This document shows, in pieces, positions 1 through 8,183 of a DNA stretch of 49,201 nt. The position numbers and the translations under genes were made by a program. Location: NCBI GenBank assembly GCA_050697935.1, contig JBOHAY010000054.1, forward strand, positions 1-49,201, given 5' to 3'. The stretch is from Gaiellaceae bacterium. Lineage in GTDB: Bacteria; Actinomycetota; Thermoleophilia; Gaiellales; Gaiellaceae. Under the pieces are notes generated by a model, which had not been told where the DNA came from, searched no databases, and worked only from the letters and a program-made list of their open reading frames with translations. Numbering within the stretch: position 1 is the stretch's first letter; each line of letters opens with the position of its first letter.

Positions 1-375
1 GCTGCCCCTCAGCTCGACAGGCTTGGTGACGTTCTTGACCGTCAGCTCGCCTTCGACGACGAGCTCCTCGCCGTACGCCTCGACGGCGCTCGACTTGAAG
101 TGAATCTCCGGGTACCTCTGCGTGTCGAAGAACTCCGGCGACTGCAGGTGCCCGTCGCGGGTTTCGTCGAAGGTGGTGATGGTGGACGCGTCGACGGTGC
201 CGGAAATCGACGGCGCGGCGCCGCCGTGGATCGTCCCCGCGAAGCCTGGCACGCGCCCTTTCACGGTCACGAGCCCGAGCTTCTTGACCTCGAACTCGAG
301 GGCCGACCAGACGGGATCGATCGACCAGGTCCCGCTCGGGATGACCGTGGCTGACGTGTCTGTGAGGATTGACAT
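1..375 (-). CDS. YceI family protein; 3' end cut by the window edge
   Basis: Absent from the ORF track because it runs off the window. My own minus-strand translation from the ATG at 375 gives MSILTDTSATVIPSGTWSIDPVWSALEFEVKKLGLVTVKGRVPGFAGTI...FDETRDGHLQSPEFFDTQRYPEIHFKSSAV...GELTVKNVTKPVEL, a typical YceI-like pattern. The 125 codons are in frame to position 1. Confidence 0.8.
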   Translation of the reverse strand, partial: MSILTDTSATVIPSGTWSIDPVWSALEFEVKKLGLVTVKGRVPGFAGTIHGGAAPSISGTVDASTITTFDETRDGHLQSPEFFDTQRYPEIHFKSSAVEAYGEELVVEGELTVKNVTKPVELRGS

Positions 376-399
376 GGACTCTCTCCTTTGTGTCCGCTA

Positions 400-461
400 C
401 TATTGAGTACGCAAGCAACTATAGAGAAAGATAGATGACAAGTCAAGTATTGAGTGAGCAA
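400..461. promoter_or_regulatory. AT-rich divergent promoter region with two 14-nt direct repeats (candidate MarR operator)
   Basis: tattgagtacgcaa (401-414) and tattgagtgagcaa (448-461) match at 12 of 14 positions. A third short copy, ctatagag, lies at 419-426. The segment is a local GC trough between the divergent yceI-like and marR genes. Confidence 0.4.
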
Positions 462-911
462 TCATCATGCGTTGGGGCATTCGTTTCACTCCTGCGAGCA
501 CACGCGGGAATCACGCGGCAACTGAGTACGCAGCTGACGCTCGAGCACGGTCTTACGCTCAGCGACTTCGAAGTGCTCCTCCGGCTGTCGCGTTCGCCCG
601 ATCGACGGATGCGGCGTGTCGACCTCGCTGACCAGGTCTTCCTCAGCGCGTCGGGTGTCACGCGACTGCTGGACGGGCTCGAGCGCCATGGGTTCGTCGA
701 GCGTGCATCGTGCGCAAGCGATCGGCGCGTCGTCTACGCGGTGCTGACGGATGAAGGTCTCGAACGCCTCCGGACTGCTGCGGAGAGCCACTTCGGGCAG
801 GTCGACGCGTACTTCGGCAACCGCTTCGAGCCGAATGAGTTGACGAGCCTCACGGGCTTGCTCGATCGGCTCGGCGAGACCGAGACGGCGGACTGCGCGC
901 CGCCGGAGTAG
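435..911 (+). CDS. MarR family transcriptional regulator
   Basis: 158 aa. Winged-HTH pattern LSDFEVLLRLSRSPDRRMRRVDLADQVFLSASGVTRLLDGLERHGFVER...DRRVVYAVLTDEGLERL. Confidence 0.85.
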   Translation: MTSQVLSEQSSCVGAFVSLLRAHAGITRQLSTQLTLEHGLTLSDFEVLLRLSRSPDRRMRRVDLADQVFLSASGVTRLLDGLERHGFVERASCASDRRVVYAVLTDEGLERLRTAAESHFGQVDAYFGNRFEPNELTSLTGLLDRLGETETADCAPPE

Positions 912-912
912 C

Positions 913-1482
913 TCACTGCCCGCGGAAGTTCTGCCAGTAGCGGCTCGGTGTGGGGCCGCGCTGCCCCTGGTACTTCGAGCCGATACCCTCTGACCCGTAC
1001 GGTCGCTCGGCCGGCTCCGTGAGCTGGACGAACGAGAGCTGCCCGATCTTCATCCCCGGATAGATCGTGATCGGGAGGTTTGCGACGTTCGACAACTCGA
1101 GCGTCACGTGCCCGTCCCAGCCGGGGTCGATGAAGCCGGCAGTCGAATGGATGAGCAGCCCCAGCCGGCCGAGCGAGCTCTTGCCTTCCAATCGGGCGAC
1201 CAGGTCGTCCGGGAGCGTCACGCGCTCGAGCGTCGAGCCGAGCACGAACTCCCCAGGGTGGAGGATGAACGCCTCGTCGCCCGTCACCTCCACGAGCTCG
1301 GTCAGCTCCTCCTGCTGCGCCTTGACGTCGATGAACGGATAACGGGAGTTGCGGAAGACGCGAAAATAGCGATCCACCCGCACGTCGAGGCTCGAGGGTT
1401 GCATGAGCTCCGGCTCGAACGGCGCGATCCCGATGCGCCCCTCGGCGATGAGCGTGCGAATCGTCCGATCGGAGAGGACCAC
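913..1482 (-). CDS. dcd: dCTP deaminase
   Basis: 189 aa, GTG start. [22 protein letters not shown]...[10 protein letters not shown]...[60 protein letters not shown] is the classic Dcd signature. Confidence 0.9.
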   Translation of the reverse strand: MVLSDRTIRTLIAEGRIGIAPFEPELMQPSSLDVRVDRYFRVFRNSRYPFIDVKAQQEELTELVEVTGDEAFILHPGEFVLGSTLERVTLPDDLVARLEGKSSLGRLGLLIHSTAGFIDPGWDGHVTLELSNVANLPITIYPGMKIGQLSFVQLTEPAERPYGSEGIGSKYQGQRGPTPSRYWQNFRGQ

Positions 1483-1507
1483 GCGGCGATTCTAGGGCGC
1501 GCCGCCT

Positions 1508-1524
1508 TGTGACAACCCGTCACA
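1508..1524. promoter_or_regulatory. Palindrome TGTGAC-N5-GTCACA in the dcd / glycosidase divergent promoter region
   Basis: tgtgacaacccgtcaca has perfect 6-bp arms. It resembles a CRP/FNR-type TGTGA..TCACA site but has 7 rather than 6 nt between the pentamers. Confidence 0.3.
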
Positions 1525-1567
1525 TGATCGCGGACACTCTCGCAGGCGCGACGCGCTCTCTGACGAT

Positions 1568-2764
1568 ATGGTCCACGCCCCGGTGTCGATGCTGTTCCCC
1601 CCCATCGACCCGAACGAGCGGTTTCGCTCCCGTCGGGCGGCGGCGAGGCGCAGGAAGCGCCTCCGTCGTAGCGCCGCGGTCAGCGCCGTGTTGCTCGGCG
1701 TCGCGTTGCTTGGCGCAGGCGCACAGTTCGTGAGCACGGGCAGCGCGCCGCCGGGCGCAACGGAGTCCGTCGCCGTATCGCTCGCGTCGCCCTCGGGCCC
1801 GCAGGCCCTTCCACTCGAGATCAGGGGCGTTCATGTCACGATGGGGCTCGCGTCGCTGCCGGGCAAGCTCGACGAGTACTTCGATCTCCAGCAGGACGGC
1901 CTCACGGCTCTCGAGCTCGACGTCAAGGACGAGAACGGTCAGATCGGCTTCGTCTCACGGGGGACACCCCTGGCATCGAGGGTAGGCGCAACGCGCGACT
2001 TCTTCGCACCGCGTGCCGTCGCCCAGATCGCGAACGAGCGCGACGTCTATCTGATCGGGCGCGTCGTAGTCTTCGAGGACCCGATCCTCTCCCGCGCGCG
2101 GCCCGACCTCGCGATTCGGCGGTCGGACGGTTCAGTCTGGCGCGACTCCGCGGGGCTCGGATGGACGAATCCGTACGACCGACGAGTGTGGGACTACAAC
2201 GTCGACGTTGCGGTGGCAGCGGCACGTGCCGGCTTCGACGAGATCATGTTCGACTACGTGCGCTTCCCGTCGGACGGAGACGTGGCGAGTGCCGTCTATC
2301 GGAATCGAGGCGCGCTGACCAAGCGAGATGCGGTACCTGCGTTTCTCCGGTATGCCGCACGTCGGCTCGATCGCCACGACGTCCGTGTCTCGGCGGCAGT
2401 GTTCGGACTCGCAGCGGGCCGGGACCTCGGGATCGGGCAGCTCCCCAGGCGTATGGCGCCGCACCTCGACACGCTGTACACGATGACGTATCCGTCGCTG
2501 TTCGGGCCGGGCGAGCTCGGCATCGCCAATCCGAGCGCAGCCCCCGGAGAAACGGTCTCTCGGGCGCTGAGAAAGTTCGCGATCGCTGTTCGCGGGCTGC
2601 AGGTGCTCGTGGTGCCCTGGGTGCAGGACTTCACCTTTACCACGCCCTTCGAGCTCGAGCAGGTTCGCGCCCAGATCGACGCGGCTCGTCGAACCGGCGC
2701 CAAGGGATTCATGCTCTGGAACCCAGAGGGTGTGTATACGGACGGCGCTCTCGCCGCCCCGTAG
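1568..2764 (+). CDS. Membrane-anchored putative glycoside hydrolase (DUF4015 / GHL-type TIM barrel)
   Basis: 398 aa. Basic N-terminus plus a hydrophobic anchor (AVSAVLLGVALLGAGA). Central FDEIMFDYVRFPSDGD and WVQDF motifs recall the YngK/DUF4015 putative glycosidase family. Confidence 0.55.
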   Translation: MVHAPVSMLFPPIDPNERFRSRRAAARRRKRLRRSAAVSAVLLGVALLGAGAQFVSTGSAPPGATESVAVSLASPSGPQALPLEIRGVHVTMGLASLPGKLDEYFDLQQDGLTALELDVKDENGQIGFVSRGTPLASRVGATRDFFAPRAVAQIANERDVYLIGRVVVFEDPILSRARPDLAIRRSDGSVWRDSAGLGWTNPYDRRVWDYNVDVAVAAARAGFDEIMFDYVRFPSDGDVASAVYRNRGALTKRDAVPAFLRYAARRLDRHDVRVSAAVFGLAAGRDLGIGQLPRRMAPHLDTLYTMTYPSLFGPGELGIANPSAAPGETVSRALRKFAIAVRGLQVLVVPWVQDFTFTTPFELEQVRAQIDAARRTGAKGFMLWNPEGVYTDGALAAP

Positions 2765-2815
2765 ACAACGACCTCGTCTGCGACACGCACCGCCTCGCGC
2801 GATAGAGAATCACGA

Positions 2816-3406
2816 TCACGGCGCGAGCCGATCTCGCTGCCAAGCGCCGTCGGAGCGGGAGAAGCGAATCCGGTCATGAAGTCGATCGTCCCGGTGAGAC
2901 CAGAACTCGATGGTGTCGGGGACGAGTCGATAGCCACCCCAGAACGCCGGCAGCGGAACCTCTTTCTCATGGAAGCGGCGCTCGGCTTCGGCGACGCGAG
3001 CGTCGAGATCCGATCCGTCTTCGAGGGGCCGCGACTGAGGCGACGCCCAGGCGGCAAGCTGGCTCGCCCGTGGTCGGGTGTGCCAGTACGCGGCCGACTC
3101 GTCGTCTGCGACCTGCACGATGTCGCCCTCGGCTCGGACCTGGCGGCCCAGCTCCCACCAGTGGAGCACCAGCGCGGCTCGGGGATTCTCCCGCAGCTCG
3201 TCGCCCTTCTTCGATTCCCGATTCGTGAAGAACGTCAGCCCGCGTTCGTCGATCCCGCGCAGCAGCACGACCCGAGCCGAGGGCCGGCCGCTCGCGTCCG
3301 CTGTCGCCAGCGTCATGGCATCGGGCTGGGGCACAGCCGCACGGGCGTCTACGAGCCACGCTTGAAGCCGGGCGATCGGGTCGTCGCCGAGATCGCTTTC
3401 GTGCAC
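2816..3406 (-). CDS. pdxH: Pyridoxamine 5'-phosphate oxidase
   Basis: 196 aa. LATADASGRPSARVVLLRGIDERGLTFFTNRESKKGDEL..NPRAALVLHWWELGRQVR..G and C-terminal IEFWSHRDDRLHDRIRF. Confidence 0.9.
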   Translation of the reverse strand: MHESDLGDDPIARLQAWLVDARAAVPQPDAMTLATADASGRPSARVVLLRGIDERGLTFFTNRESKKGDELRENPRAALVLHWWELGRQVRAEGDIVQVADDESAAYWHTRPRASQLAAWASPQSRPLEDGSDLDARVAEAERRFHEKEVPLPAFWGGYRLVPDTIEFWSHRDDRLHDRIRFSRSDGAWQRDRLAP

Positions 3407-3460
3407 GGGTCACAGGATGCCTATTGACTCGAGGCGCAGCAGCGACGAGACTCCTCGGCC

Positions 3461-3733
3461 ATGTGCCTCATCTTCGTGCTTGCACTCTTCGCACCCCGCG
3501 TTGCGTTTGCGCTGATGTGGATCTTCGGCGACCGGGTCGACCTTGCGTACGGGTCGTTCATCTGGCCGCTGCTCCTGCTGATCTTCCTGCCCTGGACCGG
3601 GATCATGTATGCGCTTCTCTGGTCTCCGGTCGGAGGGGTCGAGGGGGCGGAGTGGATCTTGATCGGCCTCGCCGTTGCCGTGGACCTCATGTCCTGGAGC
3701 GCACGGGCTGCGAAGAACCGCATGGCCTACTAG
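3461..3733 (+). CDS. Small hypothetical membrane protein (about 3 TM helices)
   Basis: 90 aa and strongly hydrophobic (FVLALFAPRVAFALMWIF, IWPLLLLIFLPWTGIMYALLW, WILIGLAVAVDLM). GC3-rich frame. No family recognised. Confidence 0.5.
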   Translation: MCLIFVLALFAPRVAFALMWIFGDRVDLAYGSFIWPLLLLIFLPWTGIMYALLWSPVGGVEGAEWILIGLAVAVDLMSWSARAAKNRMAY

Positions 3734-3769
3734 GGATCGCCGACAGTCGCCTCGGATAGGCTGCCGCGC

Positions 3770-5092
3770 GTGGCTGCGACCCGCGTCATCGCGTTGCGGA
3801 CCGAGATCCCGGGCCCGCGCGCGCGGGAGATTCTCGAGCGCGAGCGGCACGCCGTGGCATCGCCCCTGATCGTGCATTCGTCGATCGTTGCCGCCGAGGC
3901 TCGCGGAGCCACGATCACCGACGTCGACGGCAACACGTTCGTCGATTTCGTGGGCGGAGTCGGAGTGGCGAACGTCGGGCACAACCATCCGCGGGTCGTC
4001 GCTGCGATCGCCGAGCAGTCCGAGCGCTTCCTCCACACGGATTTCACAGTCGTCGCGTACGAGGGGTACGTCACGCTGGCAGAGCGACTCGGCGCGCTCG
4101 TCCCGATCACGGGCGAGACGCGAGGCGCGTTCTTCAACGCCGGTGCCGAGGCAGTCGAGAACGCGGTCAAGCTCGCGCGGCTCCATACGGGCCGCCACGG
4201 GGTCATCGCCTTCGACGGCGCATTCCACGGGCGCACGTTGCTGGCGCTGACCATGACGTCACGAACGCATCCGTACAAGAGAGGCCTTGGACCGTTTGCT
4301 CCCGAGGTCTATCGCGCGCCCTATCCGAACGCCTACCGCGGGCCGGATGCGGAGTCGGCCCTTGCCGCACTCGAGCGAATGTTCACCACGCACGTCTCGG
4401 CCGATCACATCGCCGCGATCGTCTTCGAGCCTCAGCAGGGCGAAGGCGGCTTCATTCCTGCGCCGCCGGACTTCGTCCGCGGGTTGCGGCGCATCTGCGA
4501 CGAGCATGGAATCGTGCTCATCGCCGACGAGGTGCAGACGGGCTTCGGCCGAACGGGCCGGATGTTCGCCATGGAGCATTTCGACGTCGAGGTCGATCTC
4601 CTCATCGTCGCGAAGTCCATTGCCGGCGGGCTGCCGCTCTCGGGCGTGGTCGGTCGCGCGGAGATCATGGACGGCCCGCATGCGGGAGCGATCGGGGGCA
4701 CGTTCATCGGGAACCCGGTCGCACTGGCGGCGGCGGCGGCGGTTCTCGACGTGTTCGCAGAGGAAGAGCTCGTCGACCGAGCCGAGCTCGTCGGTGACGC
4801 GATCCGAGCCAAGATGCTCGACTGGCAGGCCCGTTGGCCGCAGATCGGGGACGTACGCGGGATGGGCGCGATGCTGGCCATCGAGCTCGTGCGCGATCCG
4901 GCGTCGAGAACACCTGCTCCGGAGCTCGCCCAAGCCGTCGTCGACGAGGCGCTTCAGCGTGGGCTCATCCTCTTGAAGGCCGGAGTCTTCGGGAACTGCA
5001 TCCGCGTGCTGTGTCCGCTCACGATTGCCGACGCCGAGCTCGACGAAGGGCTCGCCGCCTGGGAAGAAGCGCTCGCCGCCGTCTTTCGGTAG
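3770..5092 (+). CDS. gabT: 4-aminobutyrate / omega-amino acid aminotransferase (class III PLP)
   Basis: 440 aa, GTG start. TEIPGPRAREILERERHAV..., DVDGNTFVDFVGGVGVANVGHNHPRVV, LIADEVQTGFGRTGRMFA, VAKSIAGGLPLSGV (PLP lysine context). Confidence 0.85.
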   Translation: MAATRVIALRTEIPGPRAREILERERHAVASPLIVHSSIVAAEARGATITDVDGNTFVDFVGGVGVANVGHNHPRVVAAIAEQSERFLHTDFTVVAYEGYVTLAERLGALVPITGETRGAFFNAGAEAVENAVKLARLHTGRHGVIAFDGAFHGRTLLALTMTSRTHPYKRGLGPFAPEVYRAPYPNAYRGPDAESALAALERMFTTHVSADHIAAIVFEPQQGEGGFIPAPPDFVRGLRRICDEHGIVLIADEVQTGFGRTGRMFAMEHFDVEVDLLIVAKSIAGGLPLSGVVGRAEIMDGPHAGAIGGTFIGNPVALAAAAAVLDVFAEEELVDRAELVGDAIRAKMLDWQARWPQIGDVRGMGAMLAIELVRDPASRTPAPELAQAVVDEALQRGLILLKAGVFGNCIRVLCPLTIADAELDEGLAAWEEALAAVFR

Positions 5093-5257
5093 CGGACGCA
5101 GCCACACTCTGACGAGATTTCGTGCGTGCCCGCCAGGGAGGAGGCAAAGAGCTCGTCCACGGTCCTGTTCGCCGATCTCACCGCAGTTGCACCGCTCCCA
5201 GACGGGGCGTGAGGTCGCCTCGTTCTAGGGCGAGACATAGCTCGCGCGGGCGAGGGC

Positions 5258-6286
5258 CTAATACGCCAAGGCGCTTCGTCTTTGGTGACGCTCGAGCGCC
5301 AATGCGATCAGCTGGTCGAGCAGGTCGGCGTACGGGATCCCGGCCGCCTCGAAGAGCTTCGCGTACACGCTCGTCGACGTGAAGCCCGGGATCGTGTTGA
5401 TCTCGTTCACGACGACTTCTCCATTCGGCCTGACGAAGAAGTCGATCCGCGCCATCCCCTCGCACTCGGTTGCGACGAACGACTGGACGGCGAGATCCCG
5501 AACTCGCTGATCGGCGTCCGGCGCGATCCGCGCGGGGATCACGAGCTCCATCCCACCCTCGTCGTACTTCGCCGAGTAGTCGTACCACTCCGCGTGGGCC
5601 ACGATCTCGCCGACGGCCGACGCGACCGGTTCCCTGTTCCCGAGCACGCCGCATTCGACCTCGGTTCCCGCAACAAACTCCTCGATCAACACCTTGTCGT
5701 CGTGGCGCCGCGCGAGCTCGACGGCTGTCTCGAGCTCGGCGACGTCGTGCGCCTTCGAGATGCCGACCGACGATCCGAGGCGGGCGGGCTTCACGAAGAC
5801 GGGGTACGGGAACGGATGCTCGAGCGCGTCCCCCTCGCGGAGGGTGACGTTTCGGGTTACGGGAACCCCGCGATCGCGGAGCACGGCTTTGCAGAGGTCC
5901 TTGTCCATGCACAGCGCCGAGGCTGCGACGCCGGCGCCCACGTAGGGGACGCCTGCGAGCTCGAGCAGTCCCTGTACCGTTCCGTCCTCTCCGAACGGGC
6001 CGTGAAGGATCGGCAGCACGACGTCTACGCGGGCGAGAGTCGCCGCAGGCGCCGATGGCGCGACGACGGGAAGGGTTTCGATCGCGATGTCGCCCTCTCT
6101 CGCGGAAGGCAGACTATGCCTGCCTTCCGCGAGTGCCCAGCGGCCATCCCGGCCGATCTCGATGAGCGTGCTCTCGTAGCGCTCGGGATCGAGCGCCGCG
6201 ATCACGGAGCTGGCCGATGCCACCGATATCGCGTGTTCGCTCGAGCGGCCGCCCGCGATGACCGCGACGCGAACGCGACCGTTCAC
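5258..6286 (-). CDS. ddl: D-alanine--D-alanine ligase
   Basis: This is the C-terminal 342 aa of track ORF 5258..7195. VNGRVRVAVIAGGRSSEHAISVASASSV..., VLPILHGPFGEDGTVQGLLELAGVPYVG, FVKPARLGSSVGISK, EINTIPGFT. The GTG at 6286 overlaps the pknB TGA (GTGA). The upstream part of the track ORF is an out-of-frame overlap with pknB. Confidence 0.9.
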   Translation of the reverse strand: MNGRVRVAVIAGGRSSEHAISVASASSVIAALDPERYESTLIEIGRDGRWALAEGRHSLPSAREGDIAIETLPVVAPSAPAATLARVDVVLPILHGPFGEDGTVQGLLELAGVPYVGAGVAASALCMDKDLCKAVLRDRGVPVTRNVTLREGDALEHPFPYPVFVKPARLGSSVGISKAHDVAELETAVELARRHDDKVLIEEFVAGTEVECGVLGNREPVASAVGEIVAHAEWYDYSAKYDEGGMELVIPARIAPDADQRVRDLAVQSFVATECEGMARIDFFVRPNGEVVVNEINTIPGFTSTSVYAKLFEAAGIPYADLLDQLIALALERHQRRSALAY

Positions 6287-8172
6287 GGAGTCGTGGTGGT
6301 ATCGCCCGCGAAGCGCCCGACGAAGAGGGTGATCAAGGAGTTCGGCTCCCGTTGCGTTCCGCCCACCGGATCCTGCGAGATGACGATGCCGTCGAAGCTC
6401 GGATCGTCGGTGTCCTCCAGCACGATGCGGGTCCGGAACCCTGCCGCCTCGAGCGTTGTCTGGGCGATGGTCACGTCCTGGGTCGTCACGTCTGGAACGG
6501 CGGAGGTCGTGGGCCCTCTGGACACGGAGAGGGTGACCGTCGAGCCCTTCGAGCTCTCCGAGCCGCCGACTGGGTCCTGCCTGACGACGATCCCGGCTGC
6601 GAGTTCCGAATCCACGTCGATGCGAGACACATTGAATCCCGCCTGCTGCAGCTCGAGCTGAGCCTGGTCGAAGGGCAAGTTGACGACGCTCGGGACCGTC
6701 ACCGGCTTCGAGCCCTTGGAGACGTTGATGCGGACGCGCGTTCCCTCGACCACCACGGTGCCGGCGAGCGGCAACTGGCCCGTGACCCTCCCAGGATCTT
6801 CGCCCGAGAAGACCTCGACGATCTGTGCACTGAGACCTACGCGCGTCAGCTCCGCGACGGCATCGGTCTGGCTCTGACCCACGACGCTCGGAACGGTCAC
6901 CTCCGGCTTGCCCGACGAGACGTCGATGCGGACAACCGTCTCCTTGTCCACGCGGGTTCCCTCGGTCGGGCTCTGCGCGAAGACGAGCCCCTCCTCGACA
7001 TCCGAGTTGGGTATTCGTCGTACCTGGGGAATCAGGCCCTTCTCCTCGATGTCGCCCACGGCCGACGCGCCCGGGATGCCGACGACATAGGGAACTGCGA
7101 CCGTCTCGGCGCCCTTGAGCTGGCTCTGGATCGAGTCGTAGAGGAACCAGCCGCCGATGAGCAGCGCCAGCAGTGCCCCGAATCCGAGGAGCCACGGCCA
7201 GATCGGGCGGCTTCGAGACGGAGGCTCGTACTGCGGCGGCAGTCCGCGGCGCGCCAGCTGCGTCACCGCCGTTGCGTCGACGCTTCGCTCTCCGGACAGC
7301 ACCATCGTGGCGGCATCTGCCGTCTCGGCAGCCACGCGACCGCCCCGTGCAACTGTCTCGAGGTCAGCATCCATCGCAGCGGCCGACTGGTAGCGGTCGG
7401 CCGGCTCCTTGGCGAGCGCGCGCACGACGACGAGGTCGAGGTCGTCCGGTACGTCCGGCCGGAGCTCGGACGGCACTGGTGGAACCTCCGCGAGATGCTT
7501 CATGGCGATCTCGACTGGACTGTCACCTGTGAATGGGACCTCCCCGGTCAAGAGCTCGAAGAGCACGATGCCCGTGGAGTAGAGATCGGAGGTCTGGTCG
7601 ACGGGCGCGCCGCGTGCCTGCTCGGGCGAGAGGTACTGCGCCGTTCCGATGATCGCCCCTTCCTCTGTCATCTGGCTGGCGCCGGCGCGCGCGATCCCGA
7701 AGTCGGTGACCTTGATCACGCCCTCTGGGTCGACGATGACGTTGTGAGGCTTGATGTCGCGGTGAATGACGCCGTTGCGATGCGCGTAGCGCAGCCCAGC
7801 GAGGATCTGGCGCGTGTACGCGATCGCGACCGGAATCGGGCAGGGGCCGCGCGAGCGGATGAGCTCCTTGAGCGTCCTTCCCTCGACGTACTCCATGACG
7901 ATGAAGTAGGAGCCGTCCGCCTCGCCGCGGTCGAAGATCGAGACGATGTTCGGATGCGAGAGCCCCGCCGCGTGTGTCGCCTCGCGGCGGAATCTCTCCA
8001 CGAACTGCTCGTCGTTTGCGTAGCGCCCGTGCAGCATCTTGATCGCGACCCGACGGCCGAGCTCCTGGTCCTCCGCGAGATAGACGTCGGCCATGCCGCC
8101 GCCGCCGAGCTTGCGCGAGATGCGGTAGCGCCCTGCGAAGAGGGTTCCGGAGAGAGTGTCCTGGGTCGTCAT
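6283..8172 (-). CDS. pknB: Ser/Thr protein kinase with one TM helix and four extracellular PASTA repeats
   Basis: 629 aa. GGGGMADVY, VAIKML, HRDIKPHNV, DFGIA, GTAQYLSPE. TM helix PIWPWLLGFGALLALLIGGWFL. Four repeats of about 65 aa of the form VPxVVG...A...L...G......V (PASTA). Confidence 0.95.
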   Translation of the reverse strand: MTTQDTLSGTLFAGRYRISRKLGGGGMADVYLAEDQELGRRVAIKMLHGRYANDEQFVERFRREATHAAGLSHPNIVSIFDRGEADGSYFIVMEYVEGRTLKELIRSRGPCPIPVAIAYTRQILAGLRYAHRNGVIHRDIKPHNVIVDPEGVIKVTDFGIARAGASQMTEEGAIIGTAQYLSPEQARGAPVDQTSDLYSTGIVLFELLTGEVPFTGDSPVEIAMKHLAEVPPVPSELRPDVPDDLDLVVVRALAKEPADRYQSAAAMDADLETVARGGRVAAETADAATMVLSGERSVDATAVTQLARRGLPPQYEPPSRSRPIWPWLLGFGALLALLIGGWFLYDSIQSQLKGAETVAVPYVVGIPGASAVGDIEEKGLIPQVRRIPNSDVEEGLVFAQSPTEGTRVDKETVVRIDVSSGKPEVTVPSVVGQSQTDAVAELTRVGLSAQIVEVFSGEDPGRVTGQLPLAGTVVVEGTRVRINVSKGSKPVTVPSVVNLPFDQAQLELQQAGFNVSRIDVDSELAAGIVVRQDPVGGSESSKGSTVTLSVSRGPTTSAVPDVTTQDVTIAQTTLEAAGFRTRIVLEDTDDPSFDGIVISQDPVGGTQREPNSLITLFVGRFAGDTTTTP

Positions 8173-8183
8173 CGGTATAGAGG

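Noticed and set aside
6287-7195. N-terminal 300-aa extension of track ORF 5258..7195 (645 aa), upstream of the Ddl domain
   Set aside because: It overlaps the PASTA region of pknB on the same strand in another frame. The composition is Arg/Gly/Pro-rich, typical of off-frame reading of GC-rich DNA. Ddl homology begins at the GTG at 6286, which overlaps the pknB stop.
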